IMG/VR virus record: IMGVR_UViG_3300025652_000066
Coordinates: 1 to 62,640 of that record
Length of the DNA stretch: 62,640 nucleotides
Direction: 5' to 3' (one strand)
Source of the DNA: a virus
Taxonomy: Duplodnaviria > Caudoviricetes
Shown here: positions 1 through 8,411 of the stretch, piece by piece
How positions within the stretch are numbered: the stretch's first letter is position 1
How the letters are laid out: each line of letters starts with the position of its first letter
The notes under the pieces: model-generated
The model's input: only the letters and a program-made list of their open reading frames with translations
What the model was told of the DNA's origin: nothing
Databases searched by the model: none
Translations under genes and position numbers: made by a program

Positions 1-2
1 AA

Positions 3-182
3 ATTGCAAAACGATATCGCGTGGTACTTGCTGTGCATGATGAGTGCGTCTTTCTGGTCCCGGATGAGGAAGTCGACGTAGCCTCAACATTCTGTCTGGA
101 TATCTTCCGTACCGCACCCGACTGGGCAGGCACCATACCACTAGATGGCGAATTAGCCATCGCTGATTACTACTCTAAATAG
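3..182 (+). CDS. DNA polymerase family A, C-terminal end (5' truncated by window edge; not in ORF track)
   Basis: Frame 3 reads IAKRYRVVLAVHDECVFLVPDEEVDVASTFCLDIFRTAPDWAGTIPLDGELAIADYYSK*; VHDE motif C and the P-x-W...PL..E tail are typical of phage PolA. Confidence 0.85.
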   Translation: MAKRYRVVLAVHDECVFLVPDEEVDVASTFCLDIFRTAPDWAGTIPLDGELAIADYYSK

Positions 183-190
183 GAGGATTT

Positions 191-427
191 ATGACAATAC
201 GAACCAATGATCTTATACAAGTTCTCTCTGGAGACTTCTTAACCGACCGCTACCCAGCAGACTGGGAAACGATGGAGGACTTCGAGCTAGATGAATTTAT
301 TAATGAACATGTTTGGGAGCCCTTCGAGCAATATTCTAGTAGCGAAGTAGCTTCATTAATAGCCAGCGCCGCATCCTCAGTCGTTGCGTACCTAACAGCA
401 CATGGCGTTGAAGTACGCGACTTTTGA
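191..427 (+). CDS. small acidic hypothetical protein
   Basis: AGGAGG RBS at 181-186; D/E-rich 78 aa ORF. Confidence 0.7.
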   Translation: MTIRTNDLIQVLSGDFLTDRYPADWETMEDFELDEFINEHVWEPFEQYSSSEVASLIASAASSVVAYLTAHGVEVRDF

Positions 428-654
428 GTAGGAGAACAAGAATGACACCAGTAACCATTGAGATATTAAAAGAAGAAATAGAAGTACTTCAAAACGCCTT
501 GGAATTTCACCAAGATATCGTGAATGACTACGATGACTGGGGTGGCGACGAAGCAGAAGCCATCGAGTCTCAATCACACGTTATAGAACTGACTGCAGAG
601 CTCCATAAATCACGAAGTGATTTACAAGATATGCTAGCTAAATCAACACATTAG
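424..654 (+). CDS. small acidic coiled-coil hypothetical protein (start possibly 442)
   Basis: ORF in operon; AGGAG at 430-434 precedes ATG 442. Confidence 0.6.
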   Translation: MSRRTRMTPVTIEILKEEIEVLQNALEFHQDIVNDYDDWGGDEAEAIESQSHVIELTAELHKSRSDLQDMLAKSTH

Positions 655-690
655 GAGTAGAATAGTCTACTCGAGATAAGGAGATTTCGT

Positions 691-1086
691 ATGGAAGCAA
701 TAACAATAGCAACACCCTCACTCGGCGCTCAGATTGACGCGCTACACACAGTACGAGATGCCATGCGGGCACTCAATAATGACCTCAAAATACTACAAGA
801 AGAGAAGACAGTTTTAGAAGCTGGCTTACTTGCAACTATGGATGCTCAAGGAATTGAGCAGTCACGTGGCGCGTCTGCGACCGCGACAGTCTCAAAGACA
901 ACTGTACCCAATGTCAATGACTGGGAAGCATTCTATAACTTCATCAAAGTTAATGATGCTTTTTATCTCTTAGATCGACGCGCTAGTGCTCCAAGCTATC
1001 GCGAGCTTTTAGAATCAAGAGACGGCGTGCCCGTTCCAGGCGTCGAGCCGTTCGAAAGAACAACAATATCACTTCGCACTCGTTAA
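691..1086 (+). CDS. conserved phage replication-region protein
   Basis: N-terminal coiled coil, DWEAFYNFI...LL.RR and PVPGVE motifs resemble proteins found next to phage PolA genes; AAGGAG RBS. Confidence 0.65.
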   Translation: MEAITIATPSLGAQIDALHTVRDAMRALNNDLKILQEEKTVLEAGLLATMDAQGIEQSRGASATATVSKTTVPNVNDWEAFYNFIKVNDAFYLLDRRASAPSYRELLESRDGVPVPGVEPFERTTISLRTR

Positions 1087-1109
1087 CAAACTACTCAGGA
1101 GGAAGCCAC

Positions 1110-1847
1110 ATGGCATCCACAGAACTATCCCTTGCTCAATCTATGCAAGACATCTCAGCATCCGTCCAATCCGAATATAAGGACATTATGGATGGCATCC
1201 AAGCTAAACTCAGCGCACCTTCAGGTAACACTATCCGGCTTACTCAAAATAAGAAATTTGTGCTACCCGATGGAGTCGAAAGCAATGGGCCCCTTGATGT
1301 CGTCATCGTGGGTTTTACATCTCGTAACGTCTACTACTCGGGCCAATTTAACCCTAACAACATTACGCCTCCAGATTGCTTTGCAGAAGGTGATAACCCG
1401 TCGTTAATGGCACCCTCTGACAAAGCTGAAATGAAACAAGCTGAAGACTGTAACGAATGTCCAATGAATCAGTTTGGCTCTAACGGTAATGGTAAAGCGT
1501 GTCAGAACCAGCGCATCATCGCCGTATTACCTGTCGGTAAACCTGACGCAGAAATCATGACTATCCGCGTTTCGCCGTCTGCTATTAAAGGTTTTGATAA
1601 TTACGTATCAGGACTTAATACCAAGTACAAAGTGCCACCGTTTGCTGTAGTAACACAAGTTACATTTGACCCGTCTACCACCTATGCAAAATTGATGTTT
1701 GGTAATCCTATCCCTAACCCAGAGTTCAAAGCGTTTGCTGATAGAGCGGTAGAAACACCGCAGCATCTAGCCGCTAACTTCGTCCCTGCAGCCGCAGCAA
1801 CACTAGGCCCAGCAGGTGGTGCTGTTCGTGGTAAAGGTCGTCGCTAA
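1110..1847 (+). CDS. putative ssDNA-binding/annealing protein with Cys cluster
   Basis: PDCF...CNECPMNQFGS..GKAC motif; position in replication module; function inferred. Confidence 0.5.
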   Translation: MASTELSLAQSMQDISASVQSEYKDIMDGIQAKLSAPSGNTIRLTQNKKFVLPDGVESNGPLDVVIVGFTSRNVYYSGQFNPNNITPPDCFAEGDNPSLMAPSDKAEMKQAEDCNECPMNQFGSNGNGKACQNQRIIAVLPVGKPDAEIMTIRVSPSAIKGFDNYVSGLNTKYKVPPFAVVTQVTFDPSTTYAKLMFGNPIPNPEFKAFADRAVETPQHLAANFVPAAAATLGPAGGAVRGKGRR

Positions 1848-1912
1848 TGGCTAAAAAGAAATCAAGAATCTTCGAACGTAAGCCTTTACCAATAAACAAA
1901 GATAAGACGTAG
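1847..1912 (+). CDS. basic 21 aa peptide MAKKKSRIFERKPLPINKDKT
   Basis: TAATG overlap with upstream stop suggests translational coupling. Confidence 0.35.
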   Translation: MAKKKSRIFERKPLPINKDKT

Positions 1913-1987
1913 CGGCGAGTTATCGTCCTCCAACCTGCCGCCGGACAGGTGCTACACCTCCGGCACTTATTCTATAAGGAAATAGAC

Positions 1988-2140
1988 ATGAAAGATTTAA
2001 TCGAACGAGTAAAACTACTCGAGCACACTGTCACGCGCCTTGCCGCACTTCTTGAGAAAGCAACCCTAGATAAGCACGAGCTGGAAGCAACCCTAACACG
2101 CAAAGTATTAGAGGAGATGACCCGTGTACCTAGAACCTAA
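1988..2140 (+). CDS. small coiled-coil hypothetical protein
   Basis: AAGGA RBS inside hairpin TCTAT-AAGGAA-ATAGA before ATG 1988. Confidence 0.6.
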   Translation: MKDLIERVKLLEHTVTRLAALLEKATLDKHELEATLTRKVLEEMTRVPRT

Positions 2141-3200
2141 GCTACTCTACAGACGTAATGCGGCAGGTGGCGGTCAGATGTGGTCCATAGAAGTTCACGA
2201 TTGGGACCTCCACATTAAGCATGGAACCATTGATGACAATAATAATCACGGAAAACTACAGCTCCAAGTCGAAGAAGTCCCTGTCGGCAAGGCTGGGCGG
2301 ACCCGGGTTGAGCAAGTCCAATCCCGCGTCGCCTCCCGGACCAACAAACAGCGCGATAAAGGCTACGTTGATAGCCTATCGGATGCTGTTAAAGGGACCA
2401 ATGGAGCCGGCTTTATTAAGCCCATGCTTGCGACACCTTTTAAAGAAGTGCCTGAGACCGACTTAAACAAAGTATATGTTCAGATGAAATACGACGGCTT
2501 ACGCTGCCTAGTCACTAAGAAAAACGGAGTACTGCATGCGTATAGTCGTAACGGTAAACCAATCAACTCTGTTGACCATATACTCAGCGAGCTACAAGAC
2601 CGCCTCGATGAAGATGCTACGCTCGACGGTGAGCTGTATGCGCATGGGCTTACTCTACAGACTATCAATTCCCTCGTACGGGGCTCTACGAAAGATACTA
2701 CCCAGATAAGGTACATGGTCTATGACACTATCAGCGACGATCCGTACACGCTTAGGATGGCCAAAATCAGGTCCACACTTAAAGGATGCAGCGCTTCGTC
2801 CTTGGTTCCTACATCGACGTTATCGTCGGATCTCGATAAAGCATTACAGGGAGCACTAGATGACGGCTTCGAAGGACTCATTCTCCGTACGTTGGACACC
2901 GGATACGAAGCCGGCAAGCGTTCTAAAAGCCTCATTAAGGTTAAGCGATTCCTTGATGACGAGTTTATCGCGTTTGACATACACAGTTCCGTCGATGGCC
3001 ACGGGATTGTCTCGCTCTTTTCAAAAAATGGATCCCCTTTCACAGTTTCTGCACCAGGTACTGCGGCAGAAAGGGCGAAATGCCTTATACATAAAAACGA
3101 ATACATCGGTAAAGCATTAACCGTTAAATACGCCAATCTGACACCAGATGGCATCCCGTTCCACCCTGTTGCAGTCGCATGGAGAGATGCAGCAGATTAG
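2124..3200 (+). CDS. ATP-dependent DNA ligase with N-terminal WGR-like domain
   Basis: KPMLA, motif I KYDGLR, LDGELY, FEGLILR, LIKVK, OB-fold tail DGIPFHP. Confidence 0.9.
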   Translation: MYLEPKLLYRRNAAGGGQMWSIEVHDWDLHIKHGTIDDNNNHGKLQLQVEEVPVGKAGRTRVEQVQSRVASRTNKQRDKGYVDSLSDAVKGTNGAGFIKPMLATPFKEVPETDLNKVYVQMKYDGLRCLVTKKNGVLHAYSRNGKPINSVDHILSELQDRLDEDATLDGELYAHGLTLQTINSLVRGSTKDTTQIRYMVYDTISDDPYTLRMAKIRSTLKGCSASSLVPTSTLSSDLDKALQGALDDGFEGLILRTLDTGYEAGKRSKSLIKVKRFLDDEFIAFDIHSSVDGHGIVSLFSKNGSPFTVSAPGTAAERAKCLIHKNEYIGKALTVKYANLTPDGIPFHPVAVAWRDAAD

Positions 3201-3415
3201 TTTCATGCCGAGCTTAGCGTGCTCCTTGCCCTACCGTCGTCTAGGGTAACTAAGTTGACGACCTAATGAATCTAGCATTGTTGGTGTTTTAGAACTTTTG
3301 ATCCAGAGGTCTAGATAGGATCCCCCAGTAGCAGGTGGGTAACAGCTTCAGTACATGAGCGTTTTTCCAATCCTTTGCGTGGTATGTGCCGACTAGTCGC
3401 CGTTAGCGACCCTTT
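3201..3415 (+). ncRNA. candidate structured non-coding RNA / leader
   Basis: Nested pairings TTCAT/ATGAA, AGCTTAG/CTAAGTT, TTGCCCTA/TAGGGTAA, GATCC/GGATC, GTACAT/ATGTGC, GTCGC/GCGAC in an ORF-free gap. Confidence 0.35.
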
Positions 3416-3436
3416 ATTTACTTCAAGGAAGAAGTT

Positions 3437-3673
3437 ATGAAAACGATAGTCCACGTGAATCAACACGTCATCAAAACTAACAGAGCCCTTGGATCACAAG
3501 CGCCTGTACTCACATGCAAGACCTACAAATCAAACGCATACGCTAGCGAAGTCGCCATCTTAGACAAAGACGGTGAAGAAGTCGGACGCTTTATATACAG
3601 TCCTGACAAGCCCCTCTCTTGCGGCGCGCACGTATGGTTTGAAACACAGAACGAAATCAAAGTCCTCAGCTAG
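3437..3673 (+). CDS. conserved phage hypothetical protein
   Basis: MKTIVHVNQHVIK...YSPDKPLSCGAHVW is a recurrent phage small-protein pattern. Confidence 0.7.
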   Translation: MKTIVHVNQHVIKTNRALGSQAPVLTCKTYKSNAYASEVAILDKDGEEVGRFIYSPDKPLSCGAHVWFETQNEIKVLS

Positions 3674-4089
3674 TGGCTCAAAAGCCTGAGGCCGTGTACC
3701 GCAACTCGGTACATAAGCACCTCAACAAATCACACGTTTATTACGCGCCTATGGGAGGAAGCTATGTCGCTGGTATTCCGGACATGTACTACGAAGGATC
3801 TCTCGGCTGCTTGTGGGTGGAGTGGAAAAATTTTCAAGCCCTTCCATATACTATCGACCTTACCAAACTTTCGTCTAGATCAAAGTTATCTGCTCTCCAA
3901 CAACAGTGGCTCACTCGGGCTCACAAGCATTCGGTTAAGACGGCAGTTATCTGTGGCTCACCGCTTGGTGGTGTCATCTACGAAGGATTAAATTGGCAAC
4001 ACCCGCTAACTCAAGATGAGTTTTTAGCTAAATCATTACCAAGGAAGGAAATAGCACTATGGCTAACCAATCAAGTTTCAGACGAATAG
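3673..4089 (+). CDS. VRR-NUC-like / Holliday junction resolvase-type nuclease
   Basis: GIPD...WVEWK (PD-(D/E)xK) and LSALQQQWL motif. Confidence 0.75.
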   Translation: MAQKPEAVYRNSVHKHLNKSHVYYAPMGGSYVAGIPDMYYEGSLGCLWVEWKNFQALPYTIDLTKLSSRSKLSALQQQWLTRAHKHSVKTAVICGSPLGGVIYEGLNWQHPLTQDEFLAKSLPRKEIALWLTNQVSDE

Positions 4090-4289
4090 AATTCGGCAGC
4101 TACCAGCTTTCAAAAGGGGGCAGCTCAGAAATATACACCAAAGGTGTAGAACTCCATGTAACTGCGGACGCAATCCGTATACATCCTATAACGCTACACG
4201 CTAGCAAGGCGTCAAAATCATGCTACATTTCTATCCCCAACAACTACGAGGATATACAAAGCCTCATCAAGCTCCTGGAGGAATCATGA
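4059..4289 (+). CDS. hypothetical protein
   Basis: Fills the gap between nuclease and next gene; ATGA overlap at 4286-4289. Confidence 0.5.
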   Translation: MANQSSFRRIEFGSYQLSKGGSSEIYTKGVELHVTADAIRIHPITLHASKASKSCYISIPNNYEDIQSLIKLLEES

Positions 4290-4909
4290 TTTCCTCCATG
4301 AAAGAAGCCACTGAGATATGTGGAACCTTAGGTAAAACCTCTAAGATGCCGGGTTACTCATTGAGTCTCCCAGCATCAGCGTGTAAGACAGGCCAAAAAC
4401 TAATGGCCATTGAAGGGAGTGTATGCAGTGACTGCTATGCGTGCAAAGGTCGTTATAAATTCAAGAACGTACAAGACGCAATGGCGCGTCGTCTTCAAGG
4501 GCTTACCCATCCTGCTTGGACGGCCGCCGTCACGTATCTTGTCACAAACTCGGTTACTATCGGCGTACCTTACTTCCGATTTTTTGATTCGGGAGATTTA
4601 CAATCCGAATCGCACTTAATGAAAATATTCGCTGTATGTAACAACGTACCAAGCGTTAGTTTCTGGTTGCCTACCCGCGAGCACGCTATTGTTAAGAACG
4701 TACTACGTAGATTCCCTGTACCGAAAAATCTTACAATTCGTGCGAGCTCTGCTATGATTGACGGTGTATCCCCTACCTATAGCCCTAACACTGCTGCTGT
4801 AGTTACTAGCGAAGCAACGTGCCCAGCTCCGAAACAAGGTGGGGAATGCGCAAATTGTAGAGCATGCTGGGATAAAAATGTAGCCCACGTTTCGTATAAG
4901 CTACATTGA
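4286..4909 (+). CDS. GP88-like Cys-rich protein (possibly Fe-S binding)
   Basis: SKMPGYS, CSDCYA, FRFFDSGD, WLPTRE, C-terminal CPA..CANCRACW; GGAGG RBS places the start at 4286. Confidence 0.7.
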   Translation: MISSMKEATEICGTLGKTSKMPGYSLSLPASACKTGQKLMAIEGSVCSDCYACKGRYKFKNVQDAMARRLQGLTHPAWTAAVTYLVTNSVTIGVPYFRFFDSGDLQSESHLMKIFAVCNNVPSVSFWLPTREHAIVKNVLRRFPVPKNLTIRASSAMIDGVSPTYSPNTAAVVTSEATCPAPKQGGECANCRACWDKNVAHVSYKLH

Positions 4910-4928
4910 AAGAAAGAGGATCATAGTC

Positions 4929-5114
4929 ATGCTTGTGTTAACGCGCAAAGAAGGCGAAGTAATTTTAGTAGGAGATAATATAAGGATAACGTTAGTGAGG
5001 TCTACTAACGGACAAGCAAAGATAGGAATCGATGCTCCAGATACCGTAACAATACTCAGGGACGAGCTAACTCATGAATCTACTAAAGATAACGACGGTC
5101 GCGGAAACATTTGA
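4929..5114 (+). CDS. csrA: CsrA/RsmA family RNA-binding translational regulator (copy 1)
   Basis: [10 protein letters not shown]...IGIDAP....ILRDEL; L4, R6, R44 conserved. Confidence 0.92.
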   Translation: MLVLTRKEGEVILVGDNIRITLVRSTNGQAKIGIDAPDTVTILRDELTHESTKDNDGRGNI

Positions 5115-5391
5115 TTGCTCCCCGCGTCATATAAGAAGACTAATCAACAAGGGTGAGATCAAGGTGGTCTCACTCGGCCCTTCACCTAAGAGCGACAGGA
5201 TTGAGCGCCTCGAACTGGAGCGTTATATCGAAAGGAATCGAGCCACACGCGCAAACCCCTCATGCCACTCCAACTTCGCAACAAAACGTACTATGTCCGC
5301 GTCAGACGCAACGGCCAAGAAATTAAACGCGCTATTGGCAACAAAAAGCCAACGCAAAAAGGGCTTAGAGAATACGAGGACCTATTGCTAG
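5074..5391 (+). CDS. excisionase-like HTH DNA-binding protein
   Basis: LLKITTVAETFDCSPRHIRRLINKGEI...RI....LERYI; lies upstream of and overlaps the integrase. Confidence 0.75.
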   Translation: MNLLKITTVAETFDCSPRHIRRLINKGEIKVVSLGPSPKSDRIERLELERYIERNRATRANPSCHSNFATKRTMSASDATAKKLNALLATKSQRKKGLENTRTYC

Positions 5392-6242
5392 CCGAACTTA
5401 CTGCCTTACCTTCACTATCTTTTTCGCTTTTTGATGCTTTTACTAAGTATATAGACGGGCGGGCCACTGAAGTAGAACACTTCGACAAGCTTATGAGTAC
5501 TATTCGCACTATAATGCCTTACGTCCAGACGGCGGCTATCACCGATGTAGTCTCTGTTGGGGAAAGTATAATAGAAGCGGGGAAGAAGCGAGGCTTAGCT
5601 AACGCGACTATCAACAAACAACTTGGCGTACTTAGACGCGTAGCCAATTTGGCCTTTAAGTGGGGGTGGATAGATGTACAACTCGGCGCTAAGATTGATA
5701 AGCTCCCTGCCTCACTAGGTAGAGAAAACTTTCTATCTCTCGCTGAAGTCGACCAACTTGCATTAGCAGAACCTGTTATATCAGATACCGTCCTGTTTCT
5801 GACATTCACCGGTATGCGATGTGGGGAAGCGTTCAAGTTAGTAGCCGCCGATCGTATCGACGCCACCCATATACTAATACCTAAAGAAATAACCAAGACT
5901 AAATCACCTAGACTATTACCTATCCCCGCTAGAATCCAGCACGTTGCTATACCCTTAACACTATCTCGTAATGTACTGAGTAATAAATTTATCTTAGCCC
6001 GCGAAGCAATAGGTCGACCAGAAGTAACGCTTCATGATTTACGTCATACGTATGCGTCGTGGATGGCCAATGCTGGCGTGGAGTTTCAAACCTTGCAAAA
6101 GCTACTAGGCCACAAATCTCCTAGCATGACAAATCGCTACTCTCATCTGATGGATTCCACCTTTGAAGCCGCAGTTGCGAAGATGGAAACTTTTCACAAA
6201 GCGGGAACAAAAGCGGGAACAGATGAAGATGGATCGGCTTGA
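5262..6242 (+). CDS. int: tyrosine recombinase / phage integrase
   Basis: TGMRCGE (R), HDLRHTY (HxxR), LLGHKS (H), TNRYSH (Y). Confidence 0.95.
   Translation: MPLQLRNKTYYVRVRRNGQEIKRAIGNKKPTQKGLREYEDLLLAELTALPSLSFSLFDAFTKYIDGRATEVEHFDKLMSTIRTIMPYVQTAAITDVVSVGESIIEAGKKRGLANATINKQLGVLRRVANLAFKWGWIDVQLGAKIDKLPASLGRENFLSLAEVDQLALAEPVISDTVLFLTFTGMRCGEAFKLVAADRIDATHILIPKEITKTKSPRLLPIPARIQHVAIPLTLSRNVLSNKFILAREAIGRPEVTLHDLRHTYASWMANAGVEFQTLQKLLGHKSPSMTNRYSHLMDSTFEAAVAKMETFHKAGTKAGTDEDGSA
6197..6221 (+). repeat. putative integrase arm-type sites, left of core
   Basis: CAAAGCGGGAACAAAAGCGGGAACA, identical to 6370-6394. Confidence 0.75.
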
Positions 6243-6248
6243 AAGGTA

Positions 6249-6292
6249 TGCCCACGGCGCGATTCGAACGCGCGACCTTCCCCTTAGGAGGG
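6249..6292 (-). mobile_element. attP core: 3' half of tRNA-Arg(CCT)
   Basis: Minus strand CCCTCCTAAGGGGAAGGTCGCGCGTTCGAATCGCGCCGTGGGCA: CCT anticodon loop, T-arm GTTCGAATC, acceptor 3' strand; no 5' half; directly after int. Confidence 0.85.
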
Positions 6293-6369
6293 CGGTTTAG
6301 GGGCTATACACCACGTAATAATGCGGCTTTACAGCCTGTTTTATCGGTCTATGTTCCCGTTATCGGACC

Positions 6370-6394
6370 CAAAGCGGGAACAAAAGCGGGAACA
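6370..6394 (+). repeat. putative integrase arm-type sites, right of core
   Basis: Second 25 bp copy; an inverted half site TGTTCCCG lies at 6352-6359. Confidence 0.75.
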
Positions 6395-6413
6395 ACTGAT
6401 TAAGGATTCAAGG

Positions 6414-6653
6414 ATGAATAAAGGACAAACAAAGAAACACAGTATTTTAGAAGCGCTTACGCAAACGGCTATCGGATTCTCAGTGGGGTTAGCCTCGCAG
6501 CTTATCTTCTTTCCGATGTTTGATATTGATATATCGCTCCATCAGAATTTGCAGATCTCTGCTATATTCACAGTGATATCGATAGCTCGCGGGTATATAC
6601 TACGTCGGGGCTTTAACGCTTGGATGGTTAAGCAGATTAATAAACTAGACTAA
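6414..6653 (+). CDS. small two-TM phage membrane protein
   Basis: QTKKHSILEA...ISIARGYILRRGFN pattern; ATG 6414 lies inside hairpin ATTCA-AGGA-TGAAT. Confidence 0.7.
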   Translation: MNKGQTKKHSILEALTQTAIGFSVGLASQLIFFPMFDIDISLHQNLQISAIFTVISIARGYILRRGFNAWMVKQINKLD

Positions 6654-6889
6654 GGTTCTTCAGCCCATTCTCTAAGGAGTCGCTTATCAATATTGCAAGA
6701 ATCAAGATAGCCCCGCAAGTCGAGCGCATACTCCGCAAGGTCGCGGTAAGATTCCCCCTCGAATGGCGGCTTGAGGCAGTCCTGCAGCAAGTCCTGAGGA
6801 GGAAGTAGCTTTATGGTTTCAACACGTACTGCTCTATCGCAAGAGCTTAAGGACAGCATCAGGAACACGCCGATCAAGGCAACCGTCAT
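6650..6889 (-). CDS. o-spanin (Rz1-like lipoprotein)
   Basis: Lipobox LSSC, Pro-rich segment, C-terminal CNIDK; overlaps i-spanin 3' end. Confidence 0.8.
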   Translation of the reverse strand: MTVALIGVFLMLSLSSCDRAVRVETIKLLPPQDLLQDCLKPPFEGESYRDLAEYALDLRGYLDSCNIDKRLLREWAEEP

Positions 6890-7151
6890 CGGGCGTTTCC
6901 CTGAGATCCGCCTTGAGCTTATTTCGTTCATGCATAACCGCCTTGGTATCGTTTTGCTTCCTTATGACGAGCTTAGCGTTGGCAACAAGCTGGTTCTGCA
7001 CTATTTCAAGAGTACGCGCTAGAGCTGCTACATTTTGCTCTGCGATGACAGCCTTGGTGTACTGCTGCTTCGCTACCAAGCCCAGCGCTATGGCGCTACT
7101 TAGTGTTAGTGCAAAGCCCACTGCAGCTGCTTTACCAAACAACGAATTCAC
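6834..7151 (-). CDS. i-spanin (Rz-like)
   Basis: N-terminal TM, coiled coil, C-terminal CLDRRVPDAVLKLLR. Confidence 0.8.
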   Translation of the reverse strand: MNSLFGKAAAVGFALTLSSAIALGLVAKQQYTKAVIAEQNVAALARTLEIVQNQLVANAKLVIRKQNDTKAVMHERNKLKADLRETPDDGCLDRRVPDAVLKLLR

Positions 7152-7348
7152 TTCGGCCCTGAGCTTGTGTAGAGACCGAATACTGCAGCACTTATCCCAA
7201 CAACTGTCGATACGAACGCAGCTTGCGTTGACGTGGGGAGTGCTAGCGCCATAAACCAGAATGACACTTCATAGAGTAACCACGAGTACCCGAGGATTAA
7301 TATCCTGGGCACTACGCGGTATTTGTTAAGTAGTTCGTGGAGAGGCAT
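7148..7348 (-). CDS. putative holin
   Basis: 66 aa with two hydrophobic segments, immediately upstream of spanins. Confidence 0.6.
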   Translation of the reverse strand: MPLHELLNKYRVVPRILILGYSWLLYEVSFWFMALALPTSTQAAFVSTVVGISAAVFGLYTSSGPK

Positions 7349-7350
7349 GG

Positions 7351-7953
7351 CTATAATCTAAAACCACCCCTAGATGGGGCACCAAAAGAATCCAAATACT
7401 GGGACAATGACCTTAATCCGTTATTAAGACTTAGCATATTTCTGTCTTTCCGTAGCCCTATAGTATTGTTATTCAATTGTCCTGCCGTTAGGTCTGCAGC
7501 CGTAATACCACTATTAGGTCTTGCTACCATCAAGTTATTAACTCGGTCATTAGTATTCTGAGTCACCAGCTGCTCACGTTTTTGCTGCTGCATATCAGCA
7601 ACTCGCTGATTACCCGCTACTTGCTGCTCAACGAAAGCTTCGGGGGTTTGTACTGTTTCTCCTTGGCTGACATCACTCATCCCACCCGCTACTTGCTGTT
7701 GCAAATTGGTAAAGGAGGGTACGCCATTCTGCATTGTGCTAGTAATAGGAGCAGAACCTGGGGCTTGCGAAGCGTTGAGGCCTGTAAGATCCATGCGGTT
7801 ATTACCACGCTTTTGGATATTGGCATTACCTTGCGCTACGAATGAGTTCGTTATCCCTCGGCTAGCACCAAGATTAAGACCGCTTTGACCACCCTGCGGT
7901 CTAGGCCCTAAAGAGCCAGACGTCGTCTGGTTGCCGTACGCATTAATAGCCAT
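7351..7953 (-). CDS. Gln/Asn/Gly-rich hypothetical protein, possibly internal virion protein
   Basis: Low-complexity composition like ejection proteins. Confidence 0.5.
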   Translation of the reverse strand: MAINAYGNQTTSGSLGPRPQGGQSGLNLGASRGITNSFVAQGNANIQKRGNNRMDLTGLNASQAPGSAPITSTMQNGVPSFTNLQQQVAGGMSDVSQGETVQTPEAFVEQQVAGNQRVADMQQQKREQLVTQNTNDRVNNLMVARPNSGITAADLTAGQLNNNTIGLRKDRNMLSLNNGLRSLSQYLDSFGAPSRGGFRL

Positions 7954-7954
7954 T

Positions 7955-8344
7955 CTATGTAATCTCCATATTAAACTCGTCCACTCCTGTGGTCAGCCCT
8001 GCGAACTTTTGGATCGCTAGCCTAGAACTTGTTACTGCCCATTTATTATACGCTACACCGAGGTATAGTCCTAAACCTATGCAACCATGGAGATCGTCTT
8101 TAACATTAGCGACATGGAATAGAATATGCGTTCGGCCTGGCACATCCATCACTTCGAATGTATCCCCGAACTTGGGGCTTTGCACACGCTTGCACACGTA
8201 CTTCCCTGGAGGGATACAAGAAACGAAAGGCTTATTACATTCCCAGGGTCGTTCTACGGTATATAGTGTTCTACCCTCGATAGTGAACTCACCGAAAGTA
8301 CCGACTTCGCTATGCGAAGCAAATCGTTTTAATTGCACATCCAT
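7955..8344 (-). CDS. DUF5675-like protein, probable endolysin
   Basis: GTFG...TVERPW...SCIPPGKY...VPGRTHILFHVAN...GCIGLG; in lysis cluster. Confidence 0.75.
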   Translation of the reverse strand: MDVQLKRFASHSEVGTFGEFTIEGRTLYTVERPWECNKPFVSCIPPGKYVCKRVQSPKFGDTFEVMDVPGRTHILFHVANVKDDLHGCIGLGLYLGVAYNKWAVTSSRLAIQKFAGLTTGVDEFNMEIT

Positions 8345-8411
8345 GTGCTTTCTCCTGTTTTAAGTAACGATTACTGCTACCCACAATACACCAATACCAC
8401 CATCACGCCTT

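Noticed and set aside
6249-6300. Complete tRNA-Arg gene
   Set aside because: Only the anticodon loop to acceptor 3' strand is present, with no D-arm or 5' acceptor strand; it fits an attP core.
6321-6413. N-terminal extension of the 6321..6653 ORF
   Set aside because: Runs through attP arm repeats; RBS and family pattern indicate a start at 6414.
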